A stretch of DNA of 62,796 nt, filler included, from Globobulimina sp. (Eukaryota): NCBI GenBank assembly GCA_003354225.1. It is 38 parts of 38 records of this genome, joined end to end, with 100 filler letters (N's around TTAATTAATTAA, not from the genome) between each part and the next. Parts side by side here need not be neighbours in the genome. Positions count along the whole stretch, not along the records: positions 11,594 to 13,149 come from PIVH01014870.1; positions 13,250 to 14,805 come from PIVH01014871.1; positions 14,906 to 16,461 come from PIVH01014872.1; positions 16,562 to 18,117 come from PIVH01014873.1; positions 18,218 to 19,773 come from PIVH01014874.1; positions 19,874 to 21,429 come from PIVH01014875.1; positions 21,530 to 23,085 come from PIVH01014876.1; positions 23,186 to 24,741 come from PIVH01014877.1; 30 more parts are not named here. One strand, given 5' to 3'. A program made the translations under genes and the position numbers. Shown here piece after piece: positions 12,397-24,025 of the stretch. Within the stretch, counting starts at the first letter, position 1, and each line of letters begins with the position of its first letter. The notes under the pieces are model-generated. The model worked only from the letters and a program-made list of their open reading frames with translations. It did no database searches and was not told where the DNA came from.

Positions 12397-13017
12397 TCAC
12401 TTTATCAGCAACGTTTGTGTGGAAGTTTTCGATACATTCTGGCATTTTTTATTCTGGTTCATTTGACCATATACATACAAACAATCCAACAGAAGTGCTC
12501 TGTCCTTAATATTATGATTATTTGATAACAATTTCTCCAAATCATTGAGTGCATTCTTATCATATGTATATGCTTCGTGTCCTGATGATTTTATTATTGT
12601 TTCCTTGCGTTTTTGTCTGGAGAATGCATGACTTGGTGGTTTACCATTTTCATAGCAATGTAGAATCACTTGAAACATTGCATATTTACGTATTGATTCA
12701 TTTAAATGCTCATCAGCATATAACATAGGTAATGGAAAGTCAACATCCATTTTGCCCAATATACAATTATTTATATCCTCCAATCCACCTGCAACTGCAA
12801 CTGCAAGTATTTGGTCCAGGTTGCTATCATCGAACAGATTCTCTGCCATAAATTCAACAAACTTGCCGTTTTTATGTTCATTTAAATAATCATCTCGAGC
12901 ACAATTGGCATAATATGTAGCCAGCGCAGAATCAATTCTCAGGATTTTAGAACGACGTTGCGGTGCTGAATCTCTCCTTTCTTCCTGTATTTTTACGCTA
13001 CAAGCAAAAGCACCCAT
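12397..13017 (-). CDS. Hypothetical protein with possible N-myristoylation/palmitoylation start (MGAFACS)
   Basis: 206-aa ATG ORF; Gly2 plus nearby Cys. Confidence 0.5.
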   Translation of the reverse strand: MGAFACSVKIQEERRDSAPQRRSKILRIDSALATYYANCARDDYLNEHKNGKFVEFMAENLFDDSNLDQILAVAVAGGLEDINNCILGKMDVDFPLPMLYADEHLNESIRKYAMFQVILHCYENGKPPSHAFSRQKRKETIIKSSGHEAYTYDKNALNDLEKLLSNNHNIKDRALLLDCLYVYGQMNQNKKCQNVSKTSTQTLLIK

Positions 13018-14957
13018 TAATTGTCAGACAGATTGCTAAATATAAAAATGCTAAACATAGAAAGTTTTTCAACTCCGAGCATGGCAGATGAGGAAAGTGA
13101 AGTGCCCCAAGTGGAACCATCTCATTTAAAGCAAATCTCCAATGAAGAANNNNNNNNNNNNNNNNNNNNNNNNNNNNNNNNNNNNNNNNNNNNTTAATTA
13201 ATTAANNNNNNNNNNNNNNNNNNNNNNNNNNNNNNNNNNNNNNNNNNNNAAATTTAACCGAATTTGCCAAAAGTCAAAAAATCGGTAATTGTAGCGCTTT
13301 TTCCTTCGAACATTGTCGAAATTTCCGTTGCAAACGCTGTCCGGTTGGAAATTTTGTTGCTAAAAATCAATATGGCCAAAATCGAACTGAATTTAAAGAA
13401 AAATTTGGTCAATCTTTGTTGCCGAATGTGACCATATTGTATGTAGATTGAATTTGAACTACAAAATTAGCTGCCATATCTTTGATCTTGCCGAAAACTG
13501 TATTTTTTCGATTTTGCCGAATTAGCCGAAAACCGGTTTTCCGATTGCTGAATTCTTGCTAAAAAATCCCGTTCAAAGAATAATAGACTAACCACATAAA
13601 TCGAGTGAAATCCAAGTACAATCCAAGCCAAGATCCAAGTAAAATCCAAGCAAGTGCAATCAAAACGAAGGAAAATAAAATGAAGTGAAATAAAGATTAA
13701 TCCAAGTCCAATAGAAATAATACAAAGTCATTAATTGAAGTCCAAGTCCATTAAAAGTTCGATTTCAATAAACATCCAAGTAGAAAGAAAATCCAAATAT
13801 ATATCCAACCAACAGAATAGCACGCTAAAGAAATACAACACAAGAACATGACGGGCCGCTTCGCGCGCCCAAAATCACAGAGCAAGAAGGAAACAACAAC
13901 AACACAAAAATCGAAGAAGCGTCTTTGCCGTAAAGAAAAGAATAAATTTGGTATAAAGGCGCCTGTTAAAATCACTAACATGCGCAGCCTGGTACAGCTG
14001 GAGCTGGGCGCCTATAAAACTTACTAAAAGGATAATAATATATAACTAAGTTAAGCAACAACGAATCAAGCGCAATATTTATTGACGCCTGACACTATTA
14101 GAACAGCAAAGTTGAATTTCCACTATTTCATAAAGTGTAGATATTTGTATGTTTTCCTTCAAAATTTCACTTTGTCTAATTAAGGATCTTATATGGCGAT
14201 TCGTATACAAATTTATTTTCCTCGTGCGCTTAAATTTGTTGTTATTTTTGCGTTTTATTTCTTAATGGAATTTTTTGATCAATCTTTGACGAGTCCCACC
14301 ATATTTTCTGTTTGCCCACCACCTTCAACTTTTTGCATGTAATTAGGCCATGGGGAGTTTATTAATATTTTACAATAACATTTTTTTGAGAAGTATCATC
14401 AGTTTTTAAAAAATATTTTTTTCCTTTTTTATTGTTCATTACTGTTTTTTAACGTATTTAATATAAAATAATAATGTATTGTTTATAATTTCTGTTAACA
14501 ATGAAGATAAGCATTTTGTTGTGCTGTTGTTGGTTTATAATAACCGCTTAATTGCCATTAAGAAGGATTTATTTGCGTTCCGAAATTTTCTCTAAGCGAC
14601 AAAATGAAATGTGGCGCATGTGCGTCGATGCGTAATCCAACTATTCTGCAGCACGAGTTCGGTGGCGCCACCTGTGTTGTCGACGAATATTCAAGCTTCC
14701 ATTTATTAGCTAGAAAGACGTTTTTATCCAATTTTTCGCCACATGTGTGTTAATTCTTCACTATTAATCCCAAAAAACACAAAAACTTTTAAATAAATTT
14801 TATTTNNNNNNNNNNNNNNNNNNNNNNNNNNNNNNNNNNNNNNNNNNNNTTAATTAATTAANNNNNNNNNNNNNNNNNNNNNNNNNNNNNNNNNNNNNNN
14901 NNNNNTATTTTAATTAAAATGGCAACATCCATAAACCAAAAACATCCATAAACCAAA

Positions 14958-15067
14958 TTTTGTTGTATACCGAGTATGAAGAAGGAGCTGCAAAATATGG
15001 ATCTCTACTAGAAGCAATCAACATTCATATTTTGCAGCTCCTTCTTCATACTCGGTATACAACAAAA
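14958..15067. repeat. Perfect 42-bp inverted repeat (14958-14999 / 15026-15067) with 26-nt loop
   Basis: TTTTGTTGTATACCGAGTATGAAGAAGGAGCTGCAAAATATG and its exact reverse complement. Confidence 0.9.
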
Positions 15068-15519
15068 AATCACGATTGATGTATTTGGTTTATGGACAGT
15101 GCCAAATTGACAAACATTTTATCGGATTTGCCCAATGAATAAACAAACTCATCACCGATCATTAACAAACAACAAATGAATGCTTTTCATCATAAATATC
15201 GTATTTGGAAATCTGTAATATTGTTTGTTGTCATATACCCTCCAATATTCATTCATATGATAGTACATCAAACATATAAAAATGTCAAATTGGCTAAAAA
15301 AGACCATACGAAATCTCATGGACAATAAATGCGAACAATGACATCAATACGAAATACCATGTACCACTTATACTATAGGTACCAGTGACATGAAAAAAGC
15401 TTTATGGATTTATTTTTTTTGCTCCACACTGCTGTTTCACAAGTAAGAAAACTCCACAATTCTGTTCCGCAAAAAATGAGCCGATAAATATTGGATTTAT
15501 AATAGTATTAATAGATTAC

Positions 15520-15868
15520 ATTATATTATTGTCATATTAATGTCATATTAATGAGATATTAATGCCATATTAATGTCATATTAATGTATATATTAATGCT
15601 ATATTAATGCGAAATTATGTATTAATATAAAATATAATATATAAGCATTAACATGTAGCATTAATATGACATTAATATAAACGATTAAACGCTATAAATA
15701 GCATTAACATATCATTAATACTACATTAATATAAAAATAAAAACATATTAATGCTATAAATATAGCATATTAGGATTTTGAAATTGGAAAATATTGCATT
15801 AATATGTCATTAATATGATGATAGAGCATTAATACTGCATAATATAGCATTAATATCGCGTTAATATG
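15520..15868. repeat. AT-rich fold-back array of ~11-nt units (CATATTAATG.. in the left part, GCATTAATAT.. in the right part)
   Basis: Unit orientation switches near 15630; the two motifs are reverse complements. Confidence 0.7.
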
Positions 15869-16209
15869 AATGCTTTCTTAAATACCTTCATAATATCAAT
15901 ATTTTGTGTAAAAATAATTGAGTATCTCATGAATGACCAATAGAATAAACCTATACAAATTGTAGTCACTGAAAAACCAATGTGGTATATTGTAGTCTCC
16001 GGTTCTCTGCAGCTTAATAATGATATTTCTGGCATCCATAACCATAATGGAATGTGTTTTTTATAAACAAACATCGCAATAACATAACATACGAAAACTG
16101 TCACAAATCCACAGATTATTGGTTGCAATGCCAGTAATCCAAATCTCTGCAATATGATTGTTGTAACTCTGTCTCTATTTGTATGTGTTTTACAGGTTGT
16201 AACTAACAT
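15850..16209 (-). CDS. Frag1/DRAM/Sfk1-like membrane protein, N-terminal part running into the AT-rich array
   Basis: TM helix then HIPLWLWMPEISLLSCREPETTIYHIGF, similar to the DRAM PxIS..G..PE motif. Confidence 0.55.
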   Translation of the reverse strand: MLVTTCKTHTNRDRVTTIILQRFGLLALQPIICGFVTVFVCYVIAMFVYKKHIPLWLWMPEISLLSCREPETTIYHIGFSVTTICIGLFYWSFMRYSIIFTQNIDIMKVFKKAFILTRY

Positions 16210-16342
16210 GTACGTGTTTGTTAGTTAATATAAGTTAAGTTTGACTAGTAGTAGTGTGACAAAATCCGATTCTAGACTCACAAACTCACAGATTCATGGA
16301 CAGATTGCTGGAACTTGTCGTTAAGATACTTTATTTTCAAAA

Positions 16343-16461
16343 TATTTTAATTAAAATGGCAACATCCATAAACCAAAAACATCCATAAACCAAATTTTGT
16401 TGTATACCGAGTATGAAGAAGGAGCTGCAAAATATGGATCTCTACTAGAAGCAATCAACAT
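16343..16461 (+). repeat. 119-bp direct terminal repeat identical to contig start 14906-15024
   Basis: Direct comparison of the two contig ends. Confidence 0.9.
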
Positions 16462-16577
16462 NNNNNNNNNNNNNNNNNNNNNNNNNNNNNNNNNNNNNNN
16501 NNNNNTTAATTAATTAANNNNNNNNNNNNNNNNNNNNNNNNNNNNNNNNNNNNNNNNNNNNAATATGAATTTCCAAA

Positions 16578-17543
16578 ATGTTCTCATTTTATGATGGCCA
16601 TAATTACAGCAAATCTAAGAAATATTTCTCATCACAAAAGCACAACGAACCCTATATTACCGTGTACAGATTACGTCGTCAGCCTCCACAAAACATGACA
16701 CGCAATAATTCCAATTCCAGCACATCAGGCTCTGATACTGAAACGGAATCAGATACGCAATTTTTTAAGAACATAAAAACGTTTTCGTTGCAGCATAACT
16801 ATAATGAAAGGATGCAGTTTGGATGTTTGTGGTATAAAAAGAAACATTTATTAGCTATGAGTGCGGCTGTTATGGGCAATAAACCGACGATATTGCAGTT
16901 TGGAGTGGATGCACATATCAATGTATATGATATAATGAATTGTGACACTGTTTCATGGCCAAAAACTGCAGGCCATGGCCATGGAATATATTATCATAAA
17001 GATAGTAAGTGTTGGTTCTGCATTGCACCGGTTATAAATGAAGAAGTAAAAGGGACGGATAAATTGTTTTGGATGCAATTTCAGTTCGATAAAGAGAGGA
17101 AAAATATTATTTTGCGTCGATTGATAGCGATACCATGTGACAGAGATGAAGATGAAGGGGAAGGTGAATGGTTGTATTATGATGAAGTGCGTGATGTATT
17201 GGTTGGTTATAAAAGGACGGATATTGATAACAATGAATATATTTTTAAATATTTGCCCGATATCTCCAAATATTTATGTTTACCCGATTCGGTTCCAATT
17301 ATGCATCGAATACAAAATAAGCAGAAAAAACATGGCAATAAAAATAAAAATAATGGAAGTTCAAATTTGAATAAATCGAATTCGAAGAAAAATATTGAAA
17401 CATTTTCATTGAAGAAGAAAAAAAAGAAAAGAAAAAATGTTGATCATACTTCAAATATTCGACCATCATTAACACGTAAAAATTCACCAAAGACAAAGAA
17501 AATATTAATGGAAAAAGTTGCTGAAGATGGTGCTATGGATTAA
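16578..17543 (+). CDS. Hypothetical protein with Lys-rich C-terminus
   Basis: 321-aa ORF; no family recognised. Confidence 0.5.
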   Translation: MFSFYDGHNYSKSKKYFSSQKHNEPYITVYRLRRQPPQNMTRNNSNSSTSGSDTETESDTQFFKNIKTFSLQHNYNERMQFGCLWYKKKHLLAMSAAVMGNKPTILQFGVDAHINVYDIMNCDTVSWPKTAGHGHGIYYHKDSKCWFCIAPVINEEVKGTDKLFWMQFQFDKERKNIILRRLIAIPCDRDEDEGEGEWLYYDEVRDVLVGYKRTDIDNNEYIFKYLPDISKYLCLPDSVPIMHRIQNKQKKHGNKNKNNGSSNLNKSNSKKNIETFSLKKKKKKRKNVDHTSNIRPSLTRKNSPKTKKILMEKVAEDGAMD

Positions 17544-17801
17544 TGTTATTGTACGTTTTACTCTTATTCGCGTTTTTTGTGTGATAATATTGAATTATTT
17601 TGTGTTTAAAGTCTTATACTGTGCTTTTACTTTTTTTTTGTATGAATATTAAAATCTGACAAACAAATGTTTTTCTTCTACTCATTAAGGAGTTGGTTGC
17701 GGTAATTATTAATGCGGTATAATAATAATAAATCCTCATCAAACGTTTTTTACATTTGGAAAGTTTTTAATTAAAAGGTGCAAAAAACTTCACAAGGAAT
17801 C

Positions 17802-18117
17802 ATGGGAAATATACTTTCAAAAGAACTACACGAAGGTATGTATGCAAGCAAATAAATGAGTCATCTAATTACTAAACACAAAAACAGGTTCTTTGTCAAT
17901 TTACCAACAACTTATAAATATGGGATTCGATGAAACAATGTCATTGGAAGCAACACGTAAATATAAAACCGATATTAATAAATGTATCAATTATATGGCA
18001 GCAAAGGAAGAGAAGAAAGAGAATGTTGCTATTTTTATTGAATGTGAATATATGGTCCGCTTAAATCAATTGTTAGAATTGCAATTAGTGCGTGTTTGCG
18101 CAGCCGAGATAATAAGA
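17802..18117 (+). CDS. UBA-domain protein with MG start, 3' partial; intron 17836-17887
   Basis: MGNILSKELHEG|SLSIYQQLINMGFDETMSLEA (UBA LxxMGF). Confidence 0.65.
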
Positions 18118-19379
18118 NNNNNNNNNNNNNNNNNNNNNNNNNNNNNNNNNNNNNNNNNNNNTTAATTAATTAANNNNNNNNNNNNNNNNNNNNNNNNNNN
18201 NNNNNNNNNNNNNNNNNCTTTTGCTCATTCCAATGTCGGGATGCACCTGTTTCAAAACCTTAAAAATATAAATGTTGAATGTCTCCTTTCTTTTTCTGTT
18301 ATATTTTCTGTCTGTTGCTGTTTTGGCCGACATTCTCGCGATGGATCGATGGATCGATGGACGGACGGAATTAATTCAATTAAAGTTGTTGTTTGTGTTT
18401 GTTTTGGTGAAGATTTAGAGATTGGATTGGATTGATAATATTATTCGATTCTGATTCATTATCTTTATTCATCAGATTATTGCTCTATGCTTGCGGCTTA
18501 TTGGTCGCTCAAATAATAATATAATATTATAAATAAAAAATGAAATGAAATGCATTCCATGCCATCTCATCTCATCTCATCTCAGACCAGGCTCATTGCT
18601 CAAACTCATATTATATTAAATTGCGCCCATCAAAAGTGGTACAAAAACTGAATGGAGAAACATTTCTTGTTTAATTTTTATGAAATTATATTGTTCAAAT
18701 TCATATTGGTTGACAGATCACAGATGACAGATGAATGATATCTCAATTTATTAATCAAAAATCAAAATGAATAGGCATTCCATGAATAGGCATCAAACGC
18801 AAACATAACCATTCAATAATGCATAAATAGCTAGCTACAATATTTGATAATCGAATCGGTGGCATATTAAAATAAGCTGGTATTGATATTGTGAGTTGAG
18901 TTGAGTTGAGTAGTGTTGTGATCCAATGCTTGACATTTATAAATGTTAAGATTAAAAAAGCTTTTTGAACTTTGAAGCTAGTCGAAACATCATCATATAT
19001 CATGCCACGCTTTCCATTAATTGTATTCTATTCGAATTAATTCTATGCCGACGTACAGCTAGTTATTCTTTGCAGTAATATTGTGTGCATAGATATTGAT
19101 TTCATTGTCATATCGATCGGATCGATCATTTTTAAATTGCACCACAAATTGGCGCATCCACGTGGACGGCGCGCGTGATCATGATGTCAGTTTTATGCAA
19201 TACAGGATCTATATTAAATAAAGACATTGAAAGAATATAGACATGCAATATGCATATTTATTTCATATTGATATTGCAACTCAAACAGCAAATTAATATC
19301 ATGTAAACAACGCAAATGTATATGCTTTCGTACAGATCGAATATCAGATTTTCAATGTACTTAATTATTAACGTTTGGT

Positions 19380-19395
19380 GGTGTTGAAAAACACC
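19380..19395 (-). promoter_or_regulatory. Histone-type 3' stem-loop, distal copy
   Basis: Minus strand GGTGTT-TTTC-AACACC followed by ACCAA. Confidence 0.65.
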
Positions 19396-19607
19396 TGGTA
19401 AAAAACAAAAAATTAATGTATGAAATATGTATGAGATATAGATTTAGTTTATAATTAATTTTAGGATTTAAAGATAAAAAGATAAATTTGTGAATATGCT
19501 TTGTTTGATTGTTTTGGTGAGGAAAACAAAGAAAAAATGCACATTTTGTTTGTGAAAATTAATTATAAATAATGAATAATGAAATAAATAATTATTTATT
19601 GATTGGT

Positions 19608-19623
19608 GGTGTTGAAAAACACC
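19608..19623 (-). promoter_or_regulatory. Histone-type 3' stem-loop, proximal copy
   Basis: Minus strand GGTGTT-TTTC-AACACC-ACCAA, 38 nt after the stop of an H1-like tail. Confidence 0.75.
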
Positions 19624-19661
19624 TGGTAAAAAATAAAAATATATATTGGATCTTAAATTAT

Positions 19662-19773
19662 TTATTTCTTTGATTTTCTTGCTGTTTTTTTCTTTTTGGT
19701 TGTTTTCTTTTTTGCCGATTTTTTAGCTGCTTTCTTTTTGGTGGCTGGTTTCTTTTTTTTTGTTGTTTTTTTC
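19662..19773 (-). CDS. Histone H1-like Lys/Ala/Thr-rich C-terminal tail, 5' partial
   Basis: Translates to approximately KKTTKKKKPATKKKAAKKSAKKKTTKKKKTARKSKK-stop; followed by histone stem-loops. Confidence 0.65.
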
Positions 19774-20039
19774 NNNNNNNNNNNNNNNNNNNNNNNNNNN
19801 NNNNNNNNNNNNNNNNNTTAATTAATTAANNNNNNNNNNNNNNNNNNNNNNNNNNNNNNNNNNNNNNNNNNNNATTATGGAGCCGCAGCCTGAGCCGGAT
19901 CTAGATCCCGGCTGAATGTTTTCCCACTGTACTAGGCCTACAAACAAGTTCGTATACAAAAGTGTTTCAAAATCTGTAATCTTAAATATTATATTTATAT
20001 AATTGATGTCTTTAGAATTTTATTTATAGAAAGCAAAAA

Positions 20040-21429
20040 TTAATTATTTTTTGTAATAGATTTTGACCATAAAATATTCCGTTGTGTATCACGTATTTGT
20101 AATGTGAGTTTTTTTCTGGTAATATATACTGTGCCAAATGCGGGCACACGAGATCCGTAACCAACTGTCCAAATCATATCAGAATCTTCTCTCGAATTAT
20201 ATTGTGTATTAATATCGCGCTGATCGCCACAAATCATATCATTTATTCTGCCCTGTCTTCCTATCACAGTTTGAAACATTTGAGACGATCCATGCCATTT
20301 CCTATATCCTTCAAATGCTTCTGTTGTATGTCCGTGACCTAAATATGAAAGGAAAGAGTTTACAAAAAGTATACAAATTAACAAATTGGTTGCAAATGAC
20401 CTGCCAAATGTAGTTGAACATTATCATATTCTGCAATAATATTTGCAATTTCCCTCATTTCAGCAATGCCGCCATAATAATCACCTCCCTGAATGCAAGA
20501 ATATTTGCCAGTATCTTGATTATAGACTGCTTTCTTTAAATGCACGCCATCCTCGCTTCGGGATACTAAGAAATGGTGACCAAACACAACAATATAATCA
20601 TACGACTTAGACTCTTCCAATAACTTCTTTAACCATTTTAATTGTTTCCTTTTATCCGGCACAGAACCACCATGACACCAATCATGCACATCTCCCGTGT
20701 CTGGATGGGGCTGACAACCGCCATATACATATCCCACAATAGACATAGTATCGATTGCGATGAACCTAACTCTAAATTTATTATTCACGTTATACGAGAA
20801 CGTATAATAATAATTTGGCAAACACCAATTCTGTACACATATTTTTGTATTTTATTTTGCATTCGGTCATTAATCAGAAAACGGTTTGTAGTAAAAGTGC
20901 TAAACTTTGTTTTTGTTATATTCGGATGAAGTGAATTCAATTTCTGCTGTGGTGCCAACATCATCCAATCCGTCTGTATTGCCTTCATAATCATGGTTAC
21001 CTAATACGCTGTAAACATACTTTGGTATATTTTGCAAAGGTTCGTTAAATGTTTCATCCCATCGGGGATCTGAGACAGATCTAATTCCTGAGGAATAAAA
21101 ATTATCGCCAACATTGATTACAAACTGCAGTGGAATAGCGGAGTCTTCCTCATTTTCCCTAAACTCATCTAATGCCTTTCCAATTAAAGCTGGTATGTTG
21201 AAATTCGATTTCTCCAAAACAACCAAATCACCCAAGGCGCCAAAATCGCCAATCAATCCAAATAATAATCCTGATTTTTTGCATCTTTTAGGGGTTTTGA
21301 TAAACGTTTCGCCCAAATCGATACCATAACTTGTATTGGATGCATCTTCAGTACAAAATGATGTTAATTCACCTGCTACACATAATAATAAAACATAGAC
21401 TGTCAGCAATGTCAAGAAGTTCTGTCGCG
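20040..21429 (-). CDS. Purple acid phosphatase (ACP5/TRAP-like metallophosphoesterase); introns 20831-20905 and 20339-20400
   Basis: GDFG, GDNFY, GNHDY, VFGHH and spliced LAGHGH metal-binding motifs; signal peptide-like N-terminus. Confidence 0.9.
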
Positions 21430-21809
21430 NNNNNNNNNNNNNNNNNNNNNNNNNNNNNNNNNNNNNNNNNNNNTTAATTAATTAANNNNNNNNNNNNNNN
21501 NNNNNNNNNNNNNNNNNNNNNNNNNNNNNAATATTATATATTTTTAAAATGTTAATTTATTCTTGAACAAAATAATAGCAATTTGATTTTAATAACCCAA
21601 AAGATTTGTAGTTTGAAGTTTTTAGCATACTCTGAACATCTTATTTTATTTCCATGTCAGCATGCTAGCTGACACTTCAAGCATTAATCGATGCATATCC
21701 TTGGATTTTACTTATTATGTGATTTAATGGATGAATGAAGTTGTTGTTAAAGTTGGGAATTATTTGAATTGATCCAACAAAAGCAAATAGAAATAAAAAC
21801 AACCATTAT

Positions 21810-21879
21810 GTACGCATAGCTCAATGTAGAGCACTGGTTTATTTAAATCATGATACAGGTTCAATTCCTGTTGCGTACA
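21810..21879 (+). pseudogene. tRNA-like sequence with irregular anticodon arm (pseudo-tRNA or SINE head)
   Basis: Acceptor GTACGCA/TGCGTAC, D-arm GCTC-AATGTA-GAGC, T-arm ACAGG-TTCAATT-CCTGT; the anticodon arm cannot form 5 bp + 7 nt. Confidence 0.65.
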
Positions 21880-22388
21880 TTCATGCTATCGACAGGTTTG
21901 TAATTCTATCTTTTATATCGATCTCTTTTTTTTTGTTTTTTTTTTCTATTCGTTGATTTGATTTTGTTTGCAATTAATTTTATTTATTATGTATGTTATT
22001 GTGTTTTATTATATTATTCTGTGTATTTAACACTTTATGTTGTTGTTTTTATTATTTTTGTTGGGTTGTGTTGTGTATTTTTGTTAGTGCAAGGATGATA
22101 TAAAGATAATTTGATTATTAAGCAAATAATTTGATTATTAAGCAAATATTCTTATTAAGCAAATAATCTTTCGCATAATGTTCGAATCTCAGATTCAGAA
22201 TTTCAAAGTAACGTTTTCAGAGTCAGAAACTTCTTTCTGTTTTAACTTTGCAAAGTTTTTTCTCATTTAAAATCTGTGATCCTCAACTAATAACATAAAT
22301 CTGGACCTCTAGTCACTCAACACCTTACTTGAATCTAGAAAACTTAGATCATTCTAGATCATGAATGATCTAAGTTTCTAAATTTGAA

Positions 22389-22467
22389 GATTCTGATTCT
22401 GAGATTCTGATTCTGAGATTCTGATTCTGAGATTCTGATTCTGAGATTCTGATGCTGAGATTCTGAG
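22389..22467 (+). repeat. 14-bp tandem repeat GAGATTCTGATTCT, ~5.5 copies
   Basis: Direct reading. Confidence 0.9.
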
Positions 22468-22741
22468 TATGAAGACTCCAAGCATTGTATACAATCTCAT
22501 GATAAAGACTGGTGATCACTACAAAACGTCAGTGTAACTGCTGGAAATCTGAAGTGTTTTTAATCCTGTTTTTATGTCGCTGGTGATCAGGAAACGTACT
22601 GCCGTAACTCACGTTCGAATTAACGCAAAGGTAATAACACAATGGTAATATATAAACAGCGATAACTCAATGGTAATGACTCATCGGAGATCCCACAGTG
22701 GTAACAACGCAATGGTGATAATTTAGTGGTGTTCCATCAGA

Positions 22742-22860
22742 GGTACGCCAATTTTAACAAATATTAAAGTAGAATAAATGTCAAACATTACATCATTGAC
22801 AACCACACAGTTTGGTTCATTATATTATGGAAACGATATTATTATTTGTGGCCGTTATCA
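22742..22860 (+). pseudogene. Degenerate fragment of an ITIH/VIT-vWA family gene
   Basis: GTPILTNIKVE*MSNITSLTTTQFGSLYYGNDIIICGRY resembles the post-vWA ITIH segment; in-frame TAA. Confidence 0.45.
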
Positions 22861-23185
22861 TATAAACGACGAACAAATAAAAAAAAGATCTAGATTATGT
22901 TGTTTTAAATGTGATGATAGCTCAATTAATTGTGATGCTACACTGCGTCTACTTAAAGAAGATTTGGGTTCAGATCCCAATCATCACATTTTATTGTTCA
23001 CATTATTAATCATAAAAACTGTGGGTATGGTAACTTTTGCACGAGAAAATGCCTAGAAATATGAAGTAGATATATTGTAGAAATTNNNNNNNNNNNNNNN
23101 NNNNNNNNNNNNNNNNNNNNNNNNNNNNNTTAATTAATTAANNNNNNNNNNNNNNNNNNNNNNNNNNNNNNNNNNNNNNNNNNNN

Positions 23186-23332
23186 TTTACAATTATATCC
23201 AGCAAAGCAGCCTGGATCGATGCAAATTTGATTGATATTCCTTACATTGTGTCATTGCGACGGCCCACTGGTGGACATTTCTGTGGTGGCAGCATATTAA
23301 GCAAAGATCAAAATGGTAAAGGCGTAATTTTA
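23186..23332 (+). CDS. Trypsin-like (S1) protease N-terminal fragment, truncated before the TAAHC motif
   Basis: IPYIVSLRRPTGGHFCGGSILSKDQNGKGVIL. Confidence 0.7.
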
Positions 23333-23333
23333 G

Positions 23334-23777
23334 ACCTATGCAGTAGAAATCAGAGTGACGCAATCATCGATAATTATATTGGTGAATGGTAATGTTGAAT
23401 ATCAAAATGATGTCTATACCACACATGCCACAAGAGATGATGTACCGTGTTATGTGTCAGATCCATGGTATAATGCCGCTGATGTCGTGCTTAGTAATAT
23501 TGAAATTGCGGGAAACGAAGATGATGGCACCTGTGGGGAGACGCAAAATGTTATTCCTGTTTATGATCCAATTGATTATTATAAACCGCCTCAAAAACCA
23601 TTTGTTAATGATTATCCGGATTTTGAATTTTCAACCTCGGCCGTTTTGTTACTTGGTGGCTTATTTGCAGCTGTTTTATTAATGAGTTGTTTGATGATGG
23701 GGAGATCAAGAAAATCCAATAAAAAATATCAAGCGGTAAAACAGTTAGATTCTGAAATTGAAATTGAAAGTTTTTAA
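23334..23777 (+). CDS. C-terminus of a single-pass membrane protein
   Basis: Beta-rich segment, TM helix AVLLLGGLFAAVLLMSCLMM, basic juxtamembrane tail. Confidence 0.55.
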   Translation, partial: TYAVEIRVTQSSIIILVNGNVEYQNDVYTTHATRDDVPCYVSDPWYNAADVVLSNIEIAGNEDDGTCGETQNVIPVYDPIDYYKPPQKPFVNDYPDFEFSTSAVLLLGGLFAAVLLMSCLMMGRSRKSNKKYQAVKQLDSEIEIESF

Positions 23778-24025
23778 TCTCTGTTAAAATGTAATAATTA
23801 TTATATACTACTTTATTTTATACAATTTATTATTTATATAATTATAAATCCGTCAAACTCCGACTTTCTTTCAGGAAGAGAATCTGCGCAAATATCAACT
23901 TGACAAAAGATACAAAAGTAAATAATAAACTTGAACTACATGCAACACACAGAAAGCAAATATATTTTATTAAATATCAAATCAAATAAATATAAAAATA
24001 ATGAAAAGAAAAGAAAGTAAAAATA

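Noticed and set aside
13250-14805. Short ORFs and ATCCAAG repeats in this contig
   Set aside because: No recognisable protein or element boundaries
22100-22720. Short repeats (20-mer, 14-mer, GGTAAT motifs) as a CRISPR-like array
   Set aside because: Tandem units without unique spacers; no cas genes
23186-23777. Trypsin fused to a membrane protein
   Set aside because: The parts are in different frames and the protease stops before its catalytic His; likely a chimera or deletion
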